DNA from: Dehalococcoidales bacterium
Lineage (GTDB): Bacteria; Chloroflexota; Dehalococcoidia; Dehalococcoidales; UBA2162
DNA length: 54,133 nucleotides
Reading direction: 5' to 3'
Assembly: GCA_034432095.1 (NCBI GenBank)
Contig: DAOUCV010000088.1
Coordinates: forward strand, 1 to 54,133
Below are positions 1 through 9,240 of this stretch, one piece after another. The stretch's first letter is position 1, and every line of letters starts with the position of its first letter. The notes under the pieces are model-generated. The model was not told the origin of the DNA and did no database searches. It saw only the letters and a program-made list of their open reading frames with translations. The translations under genes were made by a program, and so were the position numbers.

Positions 1-69
1 GACAGTGCCTTCCTTGCAGAAGGTTCGTCGGCCAATTAAGCTAGCTTGTCCGAGTGCCGACGTGCCCTG

Positions 70-78
70 ATTATAACA
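70..78 (-). promoter_or_regulatory. Extended -10 promoter (TGnTATAAT) firing leftward out of the window
   Basis: Minus strand reads TGT-TATAAT (TATAAT = 75..70). No consensus -35; a perfect 16-bp palindrome GAAAAGGCGCCTTTTC lies upstream at 102..117. Confidence 0.55.
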
Positions 79-247
79 CAATACGCAACTACTGATTAAG
101 AGAAAAGGCGCCTTTTCCACATAGTTACCTGGATGTCTACCCCACCTGTCGGCGACCATTAGACACAAGCAACTGCTAAAAACCTGCTCGTTTCACCCCA
201 TTGCCCGCTTTTTCGAAAGTCCACGGATCGGGGGAGCCTAACTCCTC

Positions 248-276
248 TTGACAAATTCCAGGGATAATACTAGAGT
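248..276 (+). promoter_or_regulatory. Sigma70-type promoter for the SBP gene
   Basis: TTGACA (248..253), 17-nt spacer, TAGAGT (271..276); overlapped by inverted repeat AATACT-AG-AGTATT (266..279). Confidence 0.55.
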
Positions 277-542
277 ATTCTATACATGTAGAAAAAGGTA
301 AAAAAATCGCATAAAGTTTGGGGAGAAAAGATGCTTCGGATAAAGGGCATCGGGGTTGCTAATTAATATGGCAGCGGCTGGAGCCCTTTTTGAGTTTAAC
401 TGGGGTGGTCTGCTGCCAGGGAGGCGACGCTATCAGAGCAAAAAACAATTAAAGTGGTAAAAGAAGGTAGTGACAAAGTGAGGCTGTGAAGGGAAAACTG
501 AAGATAAGCGTCATTAAAAATTCATTGTGGAGGTGAAGAACC

Positions 543-2339
543 ATGAAGAAGATTACGTGGATGGTGGTCAGCTTTCTGATGGCTTTATCCCTAGTCATAG
601 CTTCCTGTGCTCCGAAAGAAGTAGAGGAGAAAAAAGCCGAGGAGAAAGCAACAATAGTAGTAAAAGCAGAAGAAAAAGCGGTGGCGGAAAAGGTGGAAAA
701 GGAAAAGCCGGGGCTCCTGCCTCCAGAAGTGCCCAAATATGGAGGGATACATACCTTCGTGGACTTAGAGCCGATGGGCTTTGACCCGGCCTATATTATT
801 TCTGTAGAGTGCAAACACGAGATGATCGGTTATGATGAACTTCTGGGTGAGGACTGGACGAAAGGTCCCGCAGGCACCGGTGAAATGGAAGGCCCATTCC
901 TTGGTCTCGTTTCGCTGTTGACTGGCGAGATTGCTGAAAGCTGGGAGCTACCCGATGATAATACCATTATCTACCATATCCGTAAAGGAATTCACTTCTG
1001 GGACAAGCCGCCGGCAAACGGCAGGGAACTTAACGCCAATGACGTGGTCTGGAATATACAGCGTCAGATGACCGGTCCCTACATGAAAATGAACGTTGCT
1101 CCCAAGGATTTTCCGACGTCTATAAAAGCGCTTGATAAGTGGACGGTGGAAATTAAAGTTCCTAGTTCACAAGGCTCGACCTTCATGATGATCAGTGAAC
1201 AAGTGCACTATTCCGCCCCTGAGGTAGTGGACAAGTATGGGGACCTCAAAGACTGGAGGAACGTTATCGGGACGGGGCCATGGATGCTGACGGATTATGT
1301 GCCCGCTACCAGCATGACCTTCAAGAAGAACCCCAACTACTGGAAGCATGACCCTCTTCATCCGGAGAACCAACTGCCCTATATGGATGGCCTTAAAGAG
1401 CTGTTCATCCTCGACGCGTCTACCAGGCTGGCCGGGTTCCGGACAGGCAAGATTGATAGACTAGGCGGTGGTCTCATTCCGATTTCCCTGGACGATGCGG
1501 AGCTCTTGCTGAGGGAAAACCCCGCCCTAAAATACAAAGAATTCCATACCGCAGGCACGTGCCTGTGGGGCAGGATTGACAAGCCGGAGCTACCTTTTAA
1601 AGACCTCAGGGTGCGCAAGGCACTCAACATGGCCATAAACAGACAGGAGATAGTAGATAAATACTATAAAGGCAAAGCTGATTTGTTCAGCGTTCCCTAT
1701 GCGAACGATGTGGGACACCGGGCTATGTTCACTCCGCTTGAGCAGATGCCGGCATCAGTCCAGGAGGTGTTCAGCTATAACCCGGAGAAGGCAAAACAAC
1801 TTCTCAAGGAGGCTGGCTATCCCAATGGCTTCAAGACCCAGATCCTCTGCTCAGCCGATGAGGCAGATTTCCTGTCTATGATCAGAGAGTACTTCCTCGC
1901 TATTGGCGTCGATATGACGCTTTCAGTGACAGAACTGGGAGCGAGGCGCAGCATGGCAAGGGCTAGAACGTACCCGGAGATGAATTATGGAGGTGTGGTG
2001 GAAAACGCTTTCCCCTTCAAGATGCATATGGTCCGCAGCGAGAGCTTTGACTGTTTCAGCTACTGGGAACATCCGTATACGAGGGCGCTCTACGAAGAGG
2101 CAATGAAATACGTTGGCAAGGACGACGCTGCGCTCTGCAAACTGCTGAAAGAGAGATATGCCCCGTTCGTTCTAGAGAACTGCATTGGCGTATGGCTGCC
2201 AGGACCATACACCTACACGCTGTGGTGGCCATGGCTACAGAACTTCTGGGGTGCAGTTACCCTGGGTTATGACAACCAGCAGGGTTACACTCACTATGCC
2301 TGGATGGACACGGCGCTGAAGAAATCTATGGGCTATTAA
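543..2339 (+). CDS. ABC transporter substrate-binding lipoprotein, family 5 (OppA/DppA-like), orphan
   Basis: Lipobox LVIASC, K/E-rich linker, LAESWE-like IAESWE, IGTGPWML, KNPNYW, VRKALNMAINR, YNPEKAKQLLKEAGYPNGF; RBS GGAGG upstream; no permease or ATPase adjacent. Confidence 0.93.
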   Translation: MKKITWMVVSFLMALSLVIASCAPKEVEEKKAEEKATIVVKAEEKAVAEKVEKEKPGLLPPEVPKYGGIHTFVDLEPMGFDPAYIISVECKHEMIGYDELLGEDWTKGPAGTGEMEGPFLGLVSLLTGEIAESWELPDDNTIIYHIRKGIHFWDKPPANGRELNANDVVWNIQRQMTGPYMKMNVAPKDFPTSIKALDKWTVEIKVPSSQGSTFMMISEQVHYSAPEVVDKYGDLKDWRNVIGTGPWMLTDYVPATSMTFKKNPNYWKHDPLHPENQLPYMDGLKELFILDASTRLAGFRTGKIDRLGGGLIPISLDDAELLLRENPALKYKEFHTAGTCLWGRIDKPELPFKDLRVRKALNMAINRQEIVDKYYKGKADLFSVPYANDVGHRAMFTPLEQMPASVQEVFSYNPEKAKQLLKEAGYPNGFKTQILCSADEADFLSMIREYFLAIGVDMTLSVTELGARRSMARARTYPEMNYGGVVENAFPFKMHMVRSESFDCFSYWEHPYTRALYEEAMKYVGKDDAALCKLLKERYAPFVLENCIGVWLPGPYTYTLWWPWLQNFWGAVTLGYDNQQGYTHYAWMDTALKKSMGY

Positions 2340-2366
2340 ACCTGGCATAATAGAAATAGTCAAATG

Positions 2367-2414
2367 GAAAGGAGTGGAGCGGGAGAATTTAAATTCTCCC
2401 GCTCCACTCCTTTC
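2367..2414 (+). terminator. Perfect 48-bp palindrome, probable intrinsic terminator of the SBP gene
   Basis: GAAAGGAGTGGAGCGGGAGAATTT followed directly by its exact reverse complement, then a T-rich tail. Confidence 0.8.
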
Positions 2415-2459
2415 TTTCTCGCTGCACAGTCGCTTGTTTCGTTACTTAAGAGGCAAAAG

Positions 2460-2489
2460 ATAGGGTCGAGCTTAACTCCTCGACCCTAT
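2460..2489 (-). terminator. Intrinsic terminator of aglB
   Basis: 11-bp stem ATAGGGTCGAG/CTCGACCCTAT, 8-nt loop, abutting the stop codon at 2490..2492; followed by CTTTT on the minus strand. Confidence 0.75.
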
Positions 2490-4847
2490 TCAATCGATGT
2501 ATTCAAAGATTTTTATTTCGGGGACTTGCCTGCCATCTGGCAGCGTTATATTATCCGAGCCATAAATCAGTTTGTAGTGTTCCAGCGCTTCTAGGGGCAC
2601 GGGGCTGAGCATCGGGTTAGGGCTGACTATTCTATAATTGGTTGAATTCTGACTGGAGAGATAGGCTTCCGCCTCTTCGTAAGTGCTTTTTTGTTCAGCG
2701 CTGGTGATTACCTTATAGATGTTACCGTCCTTGTCCACGTTTTGCTCATAGGAGATTACCCATACACTCTCAGGGGCCACCGCCTTACCGTCAAAGTTAT
2801 ACAGTCTGGCGATTAACGAACGGTAGTATTCAGGGTAGAAAAGTGGTCTTAATACCCAAGTTTTGTTTTCCTGTGGTATAAGATAGAAGTCAAAATATTC
2901 ACTTGGTTGCCTTCCTGCCCAGGTAGCAACCGCCCAGAATTTGCCAGAGGCTGTGATGGGGTTGGTGTAGGCTGTCTCGAAGTCAGTAATAATATATTTC
3001 GCGCCAAGTTTTTTGGCTATCTCGTCGGCTGACTTTTCATCCTGGGAAACAAAGTAGGAAGCTACCAGGGTCAAGGCTTTGGGCTCCTGACTGGGATTAG
3101 CAATTGGTATGCGGCGGGCAATGCGGGTAATCCAATAACCGTAGTCCCACCAAGCCAGGACACCGTAAGCGGACTCGGGGTATTTATAGTTTTCTCCAGG
3201 CGGTGGTTGTTCGGGGAGCCCATAATACAGGTCCGGATTGCCAAAGGGCTCAGGGGTATTTTCCTTCATCCAGGTGAGAGAGCGAACCCAGGCATCACTG
3301 GGAGTATACTGTGCCTGACGAGCAACCGTGGTCATTGGACCAATATTCCAGAAGAAAACGACAAAGAAAACAACAAGTACCGCTAACGCCATAACGGTGT
3401 AGTTGATAATGGTGGTCAAGCCACCCCTTTTCGGTCTGGCTTTTCCACCCCCCGCTTGTTTGGCCACTTTTACAGCTCTCGGAGTCAATTCCTTGAAACC
3501 AGCCAGCTCGAGAACTCTCCATGACAGGTAGCCGGTGAGCAGGGCTGCATTAACTGAATAATAGTAACCAAAGCGGCGTTGCCCAAGAGTCGCCGCCAGT
3601 ATTACCAGACTCCACACTAGCAAAAGGGTTTTTTCGGCAGCGCCTTGTTTGATAACGAGATAGATTAGTATGCCAAGGGAGATGAAACTGAGGAAAAAGC
3701 CGGTGGTGAAATTACCCCAGGCAACAGCCAAGGGATTGCCATAAATGGAACTGATCAGAGGCTGCATTTCGAGGGTGGTGAGCTGAGCGCCTGTCGGGTG
3801 GAAAATACCAAATGCGCTTAGTATTGAGCTTACCCGAGGAGCATCAACGAGGTAGAATAAGCCCAACCCAGCTCCTCCAAGCACGAGTAAAACTAGCGGG
3901 TAGTAGGCTGGTCTTATCTGCTTGCCGGTCATTAGTCGAGAGACCACATTCAGCACTAGCGGGATAAATAAGGCAATAACTAGATACAATATGTCTACCG
4001 AAGTTGCCAAAGATAGGATTATAGTAACAAGGAAGAGGGCAGCGCCAACCAGGCATAGATAGTCCGTAGATTTACCCCTCAAGTGGTCAATAATGAACTG
4101 GATGACGAAAAATACCGAGATGATAAATACAAAAAGCAGTGCCCCCATCCAGGTGAGGATGTAGATTCCCAGGAAGATACCCGCCAGCAGACTATAAATA
4201 AGTGGCTTTCTAACTATTGCCCAATTTAGGTGCCTCAGATGGCTGAAGGTTAACTGTTTCTGCCCCGCCGTCCTGATAGCCAGAATCAGGAACATGATGG
4301 TTGTGGTACTGAGCAACGTCTCAGCAACGTGGTGGTCTGTGGAGCCCAGTATTGAACGACCAACAAATTCACCGCCCAGGATGGACAAAAGACCAGCCGA
4401 GAGCACACCAATCCAGCGGCTGGACAGCTCTTTACCGATAAAGTAGACGGGAATAACGGTTAGAGCACATAGGACCACCGGGAAATAGACGCTAATTACA
4501 TCAACAGTGTGCTGGGTCGGTGAGCCCAAGCTAATCGCCCAGATAATGCCAGCAAGGAGATAATCAAAGAAGAGGCTGCCACCCACCGCTTTACCCGAAG
4601 GATAGATAAAGTATGGGTCAAATTTGAAAAGGTGGGGAAAGTTATGGGCGAGATTGTCAACGATGCGCATATGGTAATAAGCATCATTACAGGTAAATCT
4701 TATCCCCTCAGGAGTAAATACTCGGGCGTAGGGGTAAAAAATACGAACGAATAGGGCAACGGCAAAGAATAGAGCCACTAGTATGCCCGCAAAAAGTTCC
4801 GGGGAAAGTTTACCCTTGCCAGCTTGCTGGGCTTTTTTCGCGCTCAT
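2490..4847 (-). CDS. aglB: STT3-family oligosaccharyltransferase, euryarchaeal AglB type (785 aa)
   Basis: Multi-TM N-terminus with CNDAYYHMR, DHHVAE, TIXE-like TTLEMQP and QRRFGYY; soluble C-domain with YKYPESAYGVLAWWDYGYWI, ANPSQ and DFETA...GKFWA. Confidence 0.93.
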   Translation of the reverse strand: MSAKKAQQAGKGKLSPELFAGILVALFFAVALFVRIFYPYARVFTPEGIRFTCNDAYYHMRIVDNLAHNFPHLFKFDPYFIYPSGKAVGGSLFFDYLLAGIIWAISLGSPTQHTVDVISVYFPVVLCALTVIPVYFIGKELSSRWIGVLSAGLLSILGGEFVGRSILGSTDHHVAETLLSTTTIMFLILAIRTAGQKQLTFSHLRHLNWAIVRKPLIYSLLAGIFLGIYILTWMGALLFVFIISVFFVIQFIIDHLRGKSTDYLCLVGAALFLVTIILSLATSVDILYLVIALFIPLVLNVVSRLMTGKQIRPAYYPLVLLVLGGAGLGLFYLVDAPRVSSILSAFGIFHPTGAQLTTLEMQPLISSIYGNPLAVAWGNFTTGFFLSFISLGILIYLVIKQGAAEKTLLLVWSLVILAATLGQRRFGYYYSVNAALLTGYLSWRVLELAGFKELTPRAVKVAKQAGGGKARPKRGGLTTIINYTVMALAVLVVFFVVFFWNIGPMTTVARQAQYTPSDAWVRSLTWMKENTPEPFGNPDLYYGLPEQPPPGENYKYPESAYGVLAWWDYGYWITRIARRIPIANPSQEPKALTLVASYFVSQDEKSADEIAKKLGAKYIITDFETAYTNPITASGKFWAVATWAGRQPSEYFDFYLIPQENKTWVLRPLFYPEYYRSLIARLYNFDGKAVAPESVWVISYEQNVDKDGNIYKVITSAEQKSTYEEAEAYLSSQNSTNYRIVSPNPMLSPVPLEALEHYKLIYGSDNITLPDGRQVPEIKIFEYID

Positions 4848-4954
4848 GAGTGCTTGCTCCTAAATCAGTTACAGCTAGGCAGCATTGTGATAAGTATTAC
4901 ACAGTAACCAATCTTTGGCAAGTTGAAAACCTGCTTTGCTAGTTGAGATGTGTC

Positions 4955-4983
4955 TTCATTTAATACCCTTTTTAAGATATAAT
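4955..4983 (+). promoter_or_regulatory. Sigma70-type promoter of the plus-strand glycan arm
   Basis: TTCATT (4955..4960), 17 nt, TATAAT (4978..4983) in the aglB/wecB divergent gap. Confidence 0.55.
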
Positions 4984-5044
4984 GGGAATATAATTAGGCG
5001 GCAGCGATTCTCGAGTGTCGTGGGGTCGGAGGAGAGTTCGATAA

Positions 5045-6127
5045 GTGAAAATTGCCATAGTGCTCGGCACTCGGCCCGAAATTATCAAGATGGCACCGGT
5101 GATAAAGGAACTGGAAAGAAGAAAAACGGATTTCTTCATCCTGCACAGTGGTCAGCACTATTCTTATCACCTTACCCGGGTTTTCTTTGAACAACTCAGG
5201 CTCCCCAAGGCCAAATATAATCTGGAGGTTGGCTCTGGCTCCCATGCTGAGGAGACGGGCAAGATGTTGATCGGTATCGAGAAAGTGCTCCTTAAAGAAA
5301 GACCGGATGCTATCATGGTCGAGGGAGATACTAACAGTGTGCTGGCTGGGGCGCTGAGTGCTGCCAAACTTGGTATCAAGGTAGGACACGTTGAAGCCGG
5401 TCTACGCAGTTATGACCGGAGTATGCCCGAGGAAGTCAACAGAATTCTGACTGACCATCTATCTGACCATCTTTACGCGCCTACCCCGAAGGCTCGAGAA
5501 ATACTTCTGGGGGAGGGAATTGACGAGGAGAAAATATTTGTCACCGGCAACACCATTGTTGACGCCGTGCATCAGAATTTAGAAATAGCTAAAGAGAAGG
5601 GTAATACCCTCAGCGCCCTGAACCTTCATCCCAGGGATTTTATTCTGGTGACACTTCATCGTCAGGAGAACGTAGATAACAGGACAAGATTGGCTTCCAT
5701 GCTGGAGGGCCTGGATAAAGTGGCGGCTGAGTTCAAACTCACAGTAGTCTACCCCGTCCATCCGCGCACGCAGAAACGAATGGAACAGTTTCAGCTCGCT
5801 CCGCAAAATCTGAAGCTAATCAAGCCCCTGGGCTACTTTGACTTTTTACAGCTTGAGAGTAATGCTGCCCTCGTCCTCACCGATTCCGGTGGGGTACAGG
5901 AAGAAGCCTGTATCCTTGGTGTTCCCTGTGTTACCCTGAGGGATAATACGGAGCGCCCCGAGACTCTGGAAGTGGGCGCCAATATCCTGGCCGGTGCTTC
6001 TGCTGATAGGATCCTCGAGTGTTGCCGGATAATGCTCCATAGAGACAAAAACTGGCTAAATCCCTTCGGTGACGGTAGGGCAGCGGAGAGAATCGTTAAA
6101 ATAGTGACGGAGTCTGGACATGGCTAA
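5045..6127 (+). CDS. wecB: UDP-N-acetylglucosamine 2-epimerase (non-hydrolysing; WecB/WbpI family)
   Basis: GTRPEIIK, SGQHY, EGDTNS, HVEAGLRS, MPEE, TLHRQEN, TDSGGVQEEA, NPFGDG. Confidence 0.93.
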   Translation: MKIAIVLGTRPEIIKMAPVIKELERRKTDFFILHSGQHYSYHLTRVFFEQLRLPKAKYNLEVGSGSHAEETGKMLIGIEKVLLKERPDAIMVEGDTNSVLAGALSAAKLGIKVGHVEAGLRSYDRSMPEEVNRILTDHLSDHLYAPTPKAREILLGEGIDEEKIFVTGNTIVDAVHQNLEIAKEKGNTLSALNLHPRDFILVTLHRQENVDNRTRLASMLEGLDKVAAEFKLTVVYPVHPRTQKRMEQFQLAPQNLKLIKPLGYFDFLQLESNAALVLTDSGGVQEEACILGVPCVTLRDNTERPETLEVGANILAGASADRILECCRIMLHRDKNWLNPFGDGRAAERIVKIVTESGHG

Positions 6128-7043
6128 AATACTGGTTACGGGAGGGGTGGGATTTATAGGTTCAAACCTCACCCCCGAACTTAGACAAAGGAAGCACGAA
6201 GTCTGGGTCTGTGACCTGGGGCATTCCGAAGGGCCAAACTACATCCGCTGCGATGTCACTAAATACCGGCAGCTTGAGAGACTCTTTGAGGAACACGACT
6301 TTGACTACGTCTATCACCTGGCTGCAGAATACGGGCGCTGGAACGGGGAGGATTACTATGAGAATCTCTGGCTCACCAATGTCATCGGCACCAAGAACCT
6401 GTTAAGAATTCAGGAGAAGAAAAAGTTCCGGATGATATTCTTCTCCAGCGCTGAGGTCTATGGAGATTATGACGGGGTGATGAGCGAGGATGTGATGGAC
6501 AAAGTGCCGATAAAACAGATGAATGACTATGCTATAACTAAGTGGGTAGGAGAACTTCAGGTATTAAACTCAGCGGCTATGTTTGGCACGGAAACAGTCA
6601 GGGTTCGTCCCGTCAATGCCTATGGACCTCATGAATACTATAGCCCTTACCGCGGGGTAATACCGACCTTCATCTATAAGGCACTGAGAGGCGAGCCCTA
6701 CACTGTCTATCTAGGGCACAAGCGTATCTTTGACTATGTTGAGGATACCTGCCGCACCTTCGCCAATATCGTTGAGAATTTCAAGCCAGGAGAAGTCTAC
6801 AACATTGGCGGGAGAGAGGAATGGGAGCATGACATCAAATATATCTCTGACTTAATCTTGAAATACCTGGGTAAGGATGATTCGCAGGTCATTTATAGAG
6901 AAGCAGAACCATTTACGACTAAGGTCAAACGTATTGACTTCTCCAAAGCAAAGAGAGACTTAAACCACGACCCCAAAATACCTCCAGAGGAAGGCATACC
7001 GAGAACTATTGAGTGGATGAAGAAAGTCTACAGCGTAAAATGA
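6120..7043 (+). CDS. NAD-dependent nucleotide-sugar epimerase/dehydratase (extended SDR)
   Basis: TGGVGFIG, HLAAEYG, SSAEVYG, YAITK (YxxxK), NAYGP. Confidence 0.9.
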   Translation: MAKILVTGGVGFIGSNLTPELRQRKHEVWVCDLGHSEGPNYIRCDVTKYRQLERLFEEHDFDYVYHLAAEYGRWNGEDYYENLWLTNVIGTKNLLRIQEKKKFRMIFFSSAEVYGDYDGVMSEDVMDKVPIKQMNDYAITKWVGELQVLNSAAMFGTETVRVRPVNAYGPHEYYSPYRGVIPTFIYKALRGEPYTVYLGHKRIFDYVEDTCRTFANIVENFKPGEVYNIGGREEWEHDIKYISDLILKYLGKDDSQVIYREAEPFTTKVKRIDFSKAKRDLNHDPKIPPEEGIPRTIEWMKKVYSVK

Positions 7044-8248
7044 AGATTCTTTTCGTCCAAGAGACAGATTGGCTCAGACGAAACCCGGCTCAGCAACATC
7101 ACTTGGCGGAGATGTTATCACTGAGAGGGCACGAAATCCGAGTTATTGATTATGAGTTATTATGGAGGACACAGGGTAAAAAAGAACTCTATTCAAGGCG
7201 ACAGGTCTTCCACAATGTGTCTAAGATTCATGACGGTGCCAGAATCACTGTATTCCGGCCCGGCATTGTCAAGATTCTCTGGCTAGAGTATATTTCACTG
7301 GTATTTTCCCATAAGAGGGAGCTCGAACGGCAGATGGATGAATTCAAGCCAGATGCCCTGGTTGCCTGGGGTATATTGAATAGTTGTCTGGCTGTAAAAG
7401 CCGCCAGAAAAAACAATATACCATTCCTCTACTACTGGATAGACGTGTTAGACAGACTTATACCTTCCAAAGCTTTCCGCATCATTGGTAAACTGGTGGA
7501 AAGTAGAACCTTGAGGCAGTCGGATAGGATACTGGTAATCAATGATAAACTTAGAGAATATGTCATCGGACTGGGTGCTCCACCCGGACTGACTCGGGTC
7601 TTAAGAGCAGGCATTGATACCAAGCAATTTAATCCGGATACCCATCATCGCGAAATAAGGAAACAATACGGTCTTGATGAGGACGATATTGTTCTCTTCT
7701 TCATGGGTTGGCTCTACCGTTTCTCAGGCTTAAAGGAGGTTATCTCGCAATTGGCTGCAAGCCAAGACCATAATCTCAAGCTCCTTATCGTTGGCGAAGG
7801 TGATGCTTACGAAGAGCTTCAGCAAATAAGCGGGAAATATAACCTTCAGGGTAGAGTTATCCTTGCCGGTAAGAAGCCTTATCGTGAGATACCCGATTTC
7901 ATTGCCGCCGCTGATTTCTGTCTTCTCCCGGCCTACCCCTCGGAGCCAATTATGCAAGATATCGTGCCGATAAAAATGTACGAATATATGGCGATGAGAA
8001 AACCGGTAATTGCCACCAGACTTCCCGGGATAGTGGAGGAGTTCGGCGGAGATAACGGCGTGGTTTATGTGGATAGACCGGAGGACGTGGTTACAAAAGC
8101 TATTGAGCTGGTACGGAATGGCCGTAGGGAAACGCTCGGGGCAAAAGCCAGGAGCTTTGTGGAACGAAATAGCTGGGATAACATTACCAGCGAATTTGAG
8201 AAAATTCTGGAAGAAGTGATAAAGGAAAAAACAAGATGGACAACCTAA
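7040..8248 (+). CDS. Glycosyltransferase family 4 (GT-B)
   Basis: Start moved to ATG 7040 (ATGA overlap). GIDTKQF, FMGWL, IVGEG, PIKMYEYMAMRKPVIAT, RNSWDNI. Confidence 0.88.
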   Translation: MKILFVQETDWLRRNPAQQHHLAEMLSLRGHEIRVIDYELLWRTQGKKELYSRRQVFHNVSKIHDGARITVFRPGIVKILWLEYISLVFSHKRELERQMDEFKPDALVAWGILNSCLAVKAARKNNIPFLYYWIDVLDRLIPSKAFRIIGKLVESRTLRQSDRILVINDKLREYVIGLGAPPGLTRVLRAGIDTKQFNPDTHHREIRKQYGLDEDDIVLFFMGWLYRFSGLKEVISQLAASQDHNLKLLIVGEGDAYEELQQISGKYNLQGRVILAGKKPYREIPDFIAAADFCLLPAYPSEPIMQDIVPIKMYEYMAMRKPVIATRLPGIVEEFGGDNGVVYVDRPEDVVTKAIELVRNGRRETLGAKARSFVERNSWDNITSEFEKILEEVIKEKTRWTT

Positions 8249-9231
8249 GCGAATATAAAGGCAAAAATATCCTTATCACAGGTGGGGCAGGGTGCATCGG
8301 CAGTAATCTCACCAAAGCCCTACTCAGGGCGGAGGCGGCTAAAATTCTTGTCCTTGATGACCTCTCTGCTGCGGAAAGGTGGAACATCCCCGATGCTCCA
8401 AGTGTGACCTTTATTCAAGGAAGCGTTCTGGATGAAGAAGTTTTAAGAAGGGCATTCTCTCAAAAGCCCGATTTTGTCTTCCACCTGGCGGCTCATTTTG
8501 CTAATCAGAACTCAATAGACCATCCTGAGACTGACCTCCTGGTTAACGGGCTTGGCACCCTGAAAATCCTGCGATACTCCCACCTGACCGGTGTGGGGAA
8601 AGTAGTCTTTGCCTCCTCAGGCTGTTCCGTTTACGGAAGCGAGGCGCCCCTGCCCCTTAAAGAGGATTTTGTCTCCCTTCACCTGGATACCCCGTATCAA
8701 ATCACCAAACTTTTAGGAGAACTCTATGGTAACTTCTTTTACCATTATTACGGCTTGCCGGTGGCTATAGCCCGCTACTTCAATGTATACGGTCCGGGAG
8801 AGGTCCCGGGAAGATACCGTAATGTTATCCCCAACTTCATCTGGTGGGCTCTCCATAAAAGACCGCTACCCATAACGGGCACCGGTGAAGAGACCAGAGA
8901 TTTCACCTTTGTTGACGATATAGTTGATGGCACATTGCTCCTGGGCATTATCCCGCAAGCGGCCGGTGAGGCCTTCAACCTCGCTTCAGGGACAGAAACC
9001 AGGGTGATTGACATAGCCAATTTGATAAACGAGTTGACTGGTAACCACAACGGGGTTGAGTTTGTTGCCAGAAGGGACTGGGACAAAATCACCCGCCGGC
9101 GAGCCTCGATCGAGAAGGCAAAGATGGTTCTGGGCTATGAACCCAGAGTGAAGATGAAAGAAGGCATAAAGAGGGTACTCGACTGGATTGTAGAAAATCG
9201 CGAGAAGATAGAAGCCAGCGCCAGGTTTTAA
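8236..9231 (+). CDS. NAD-dependent nucleotide-sugar epimerase/dehydratase
   Basis: TGGAGCIG, HLAA, ASSGCSVYG, PYQITK, RYFNVYGP, ETRDFTFVDD. Confidence 0.9.
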   Translation: MDNLSEYKGKNILITGGAGCIGSNLTKALLRAEAAKILVLDDLSAAERWNIPDAPSVTFIQGSVLDEEVLRRAFSQKPDFVFHLAAHFANQNSIDHPETDLLVNGLGTLKILRYSHLTGVGKVVFASSGCSVYGSEAPLPLKEDFVSLHLDTPYQITKLLGELYGNFFYHYYGLPVAIARYFNVYGPGEVPGRYRNVIPNFIWWALHKRPLPITGTGEETRDFTFVDDIVDGTLLLGIIPQAAGEAFNLASGTETRVIDIANLINELTGNHNGVEFVARRDWDKITRRRASIEKAKMVLGYEPRVKMKEGIKRVLDWIVENREKIEASARF

Positions 9232-9240
9232 GCTGGAGGT

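Noticed and set aside
449-784. ORF-track calls 449..736 (-) and 527..784 (+)
   Set aside because: Shadow frames of the low-complexity SBP N-terminus; no RBS or recognisable domain.
543-2339. The SBP has about 21 Asn but no N-X-S/T sequon (possible avoidance of glycosylation)
   Set aside because: With roughly 10% S/T the chance of zero is about 0.1; not significant.
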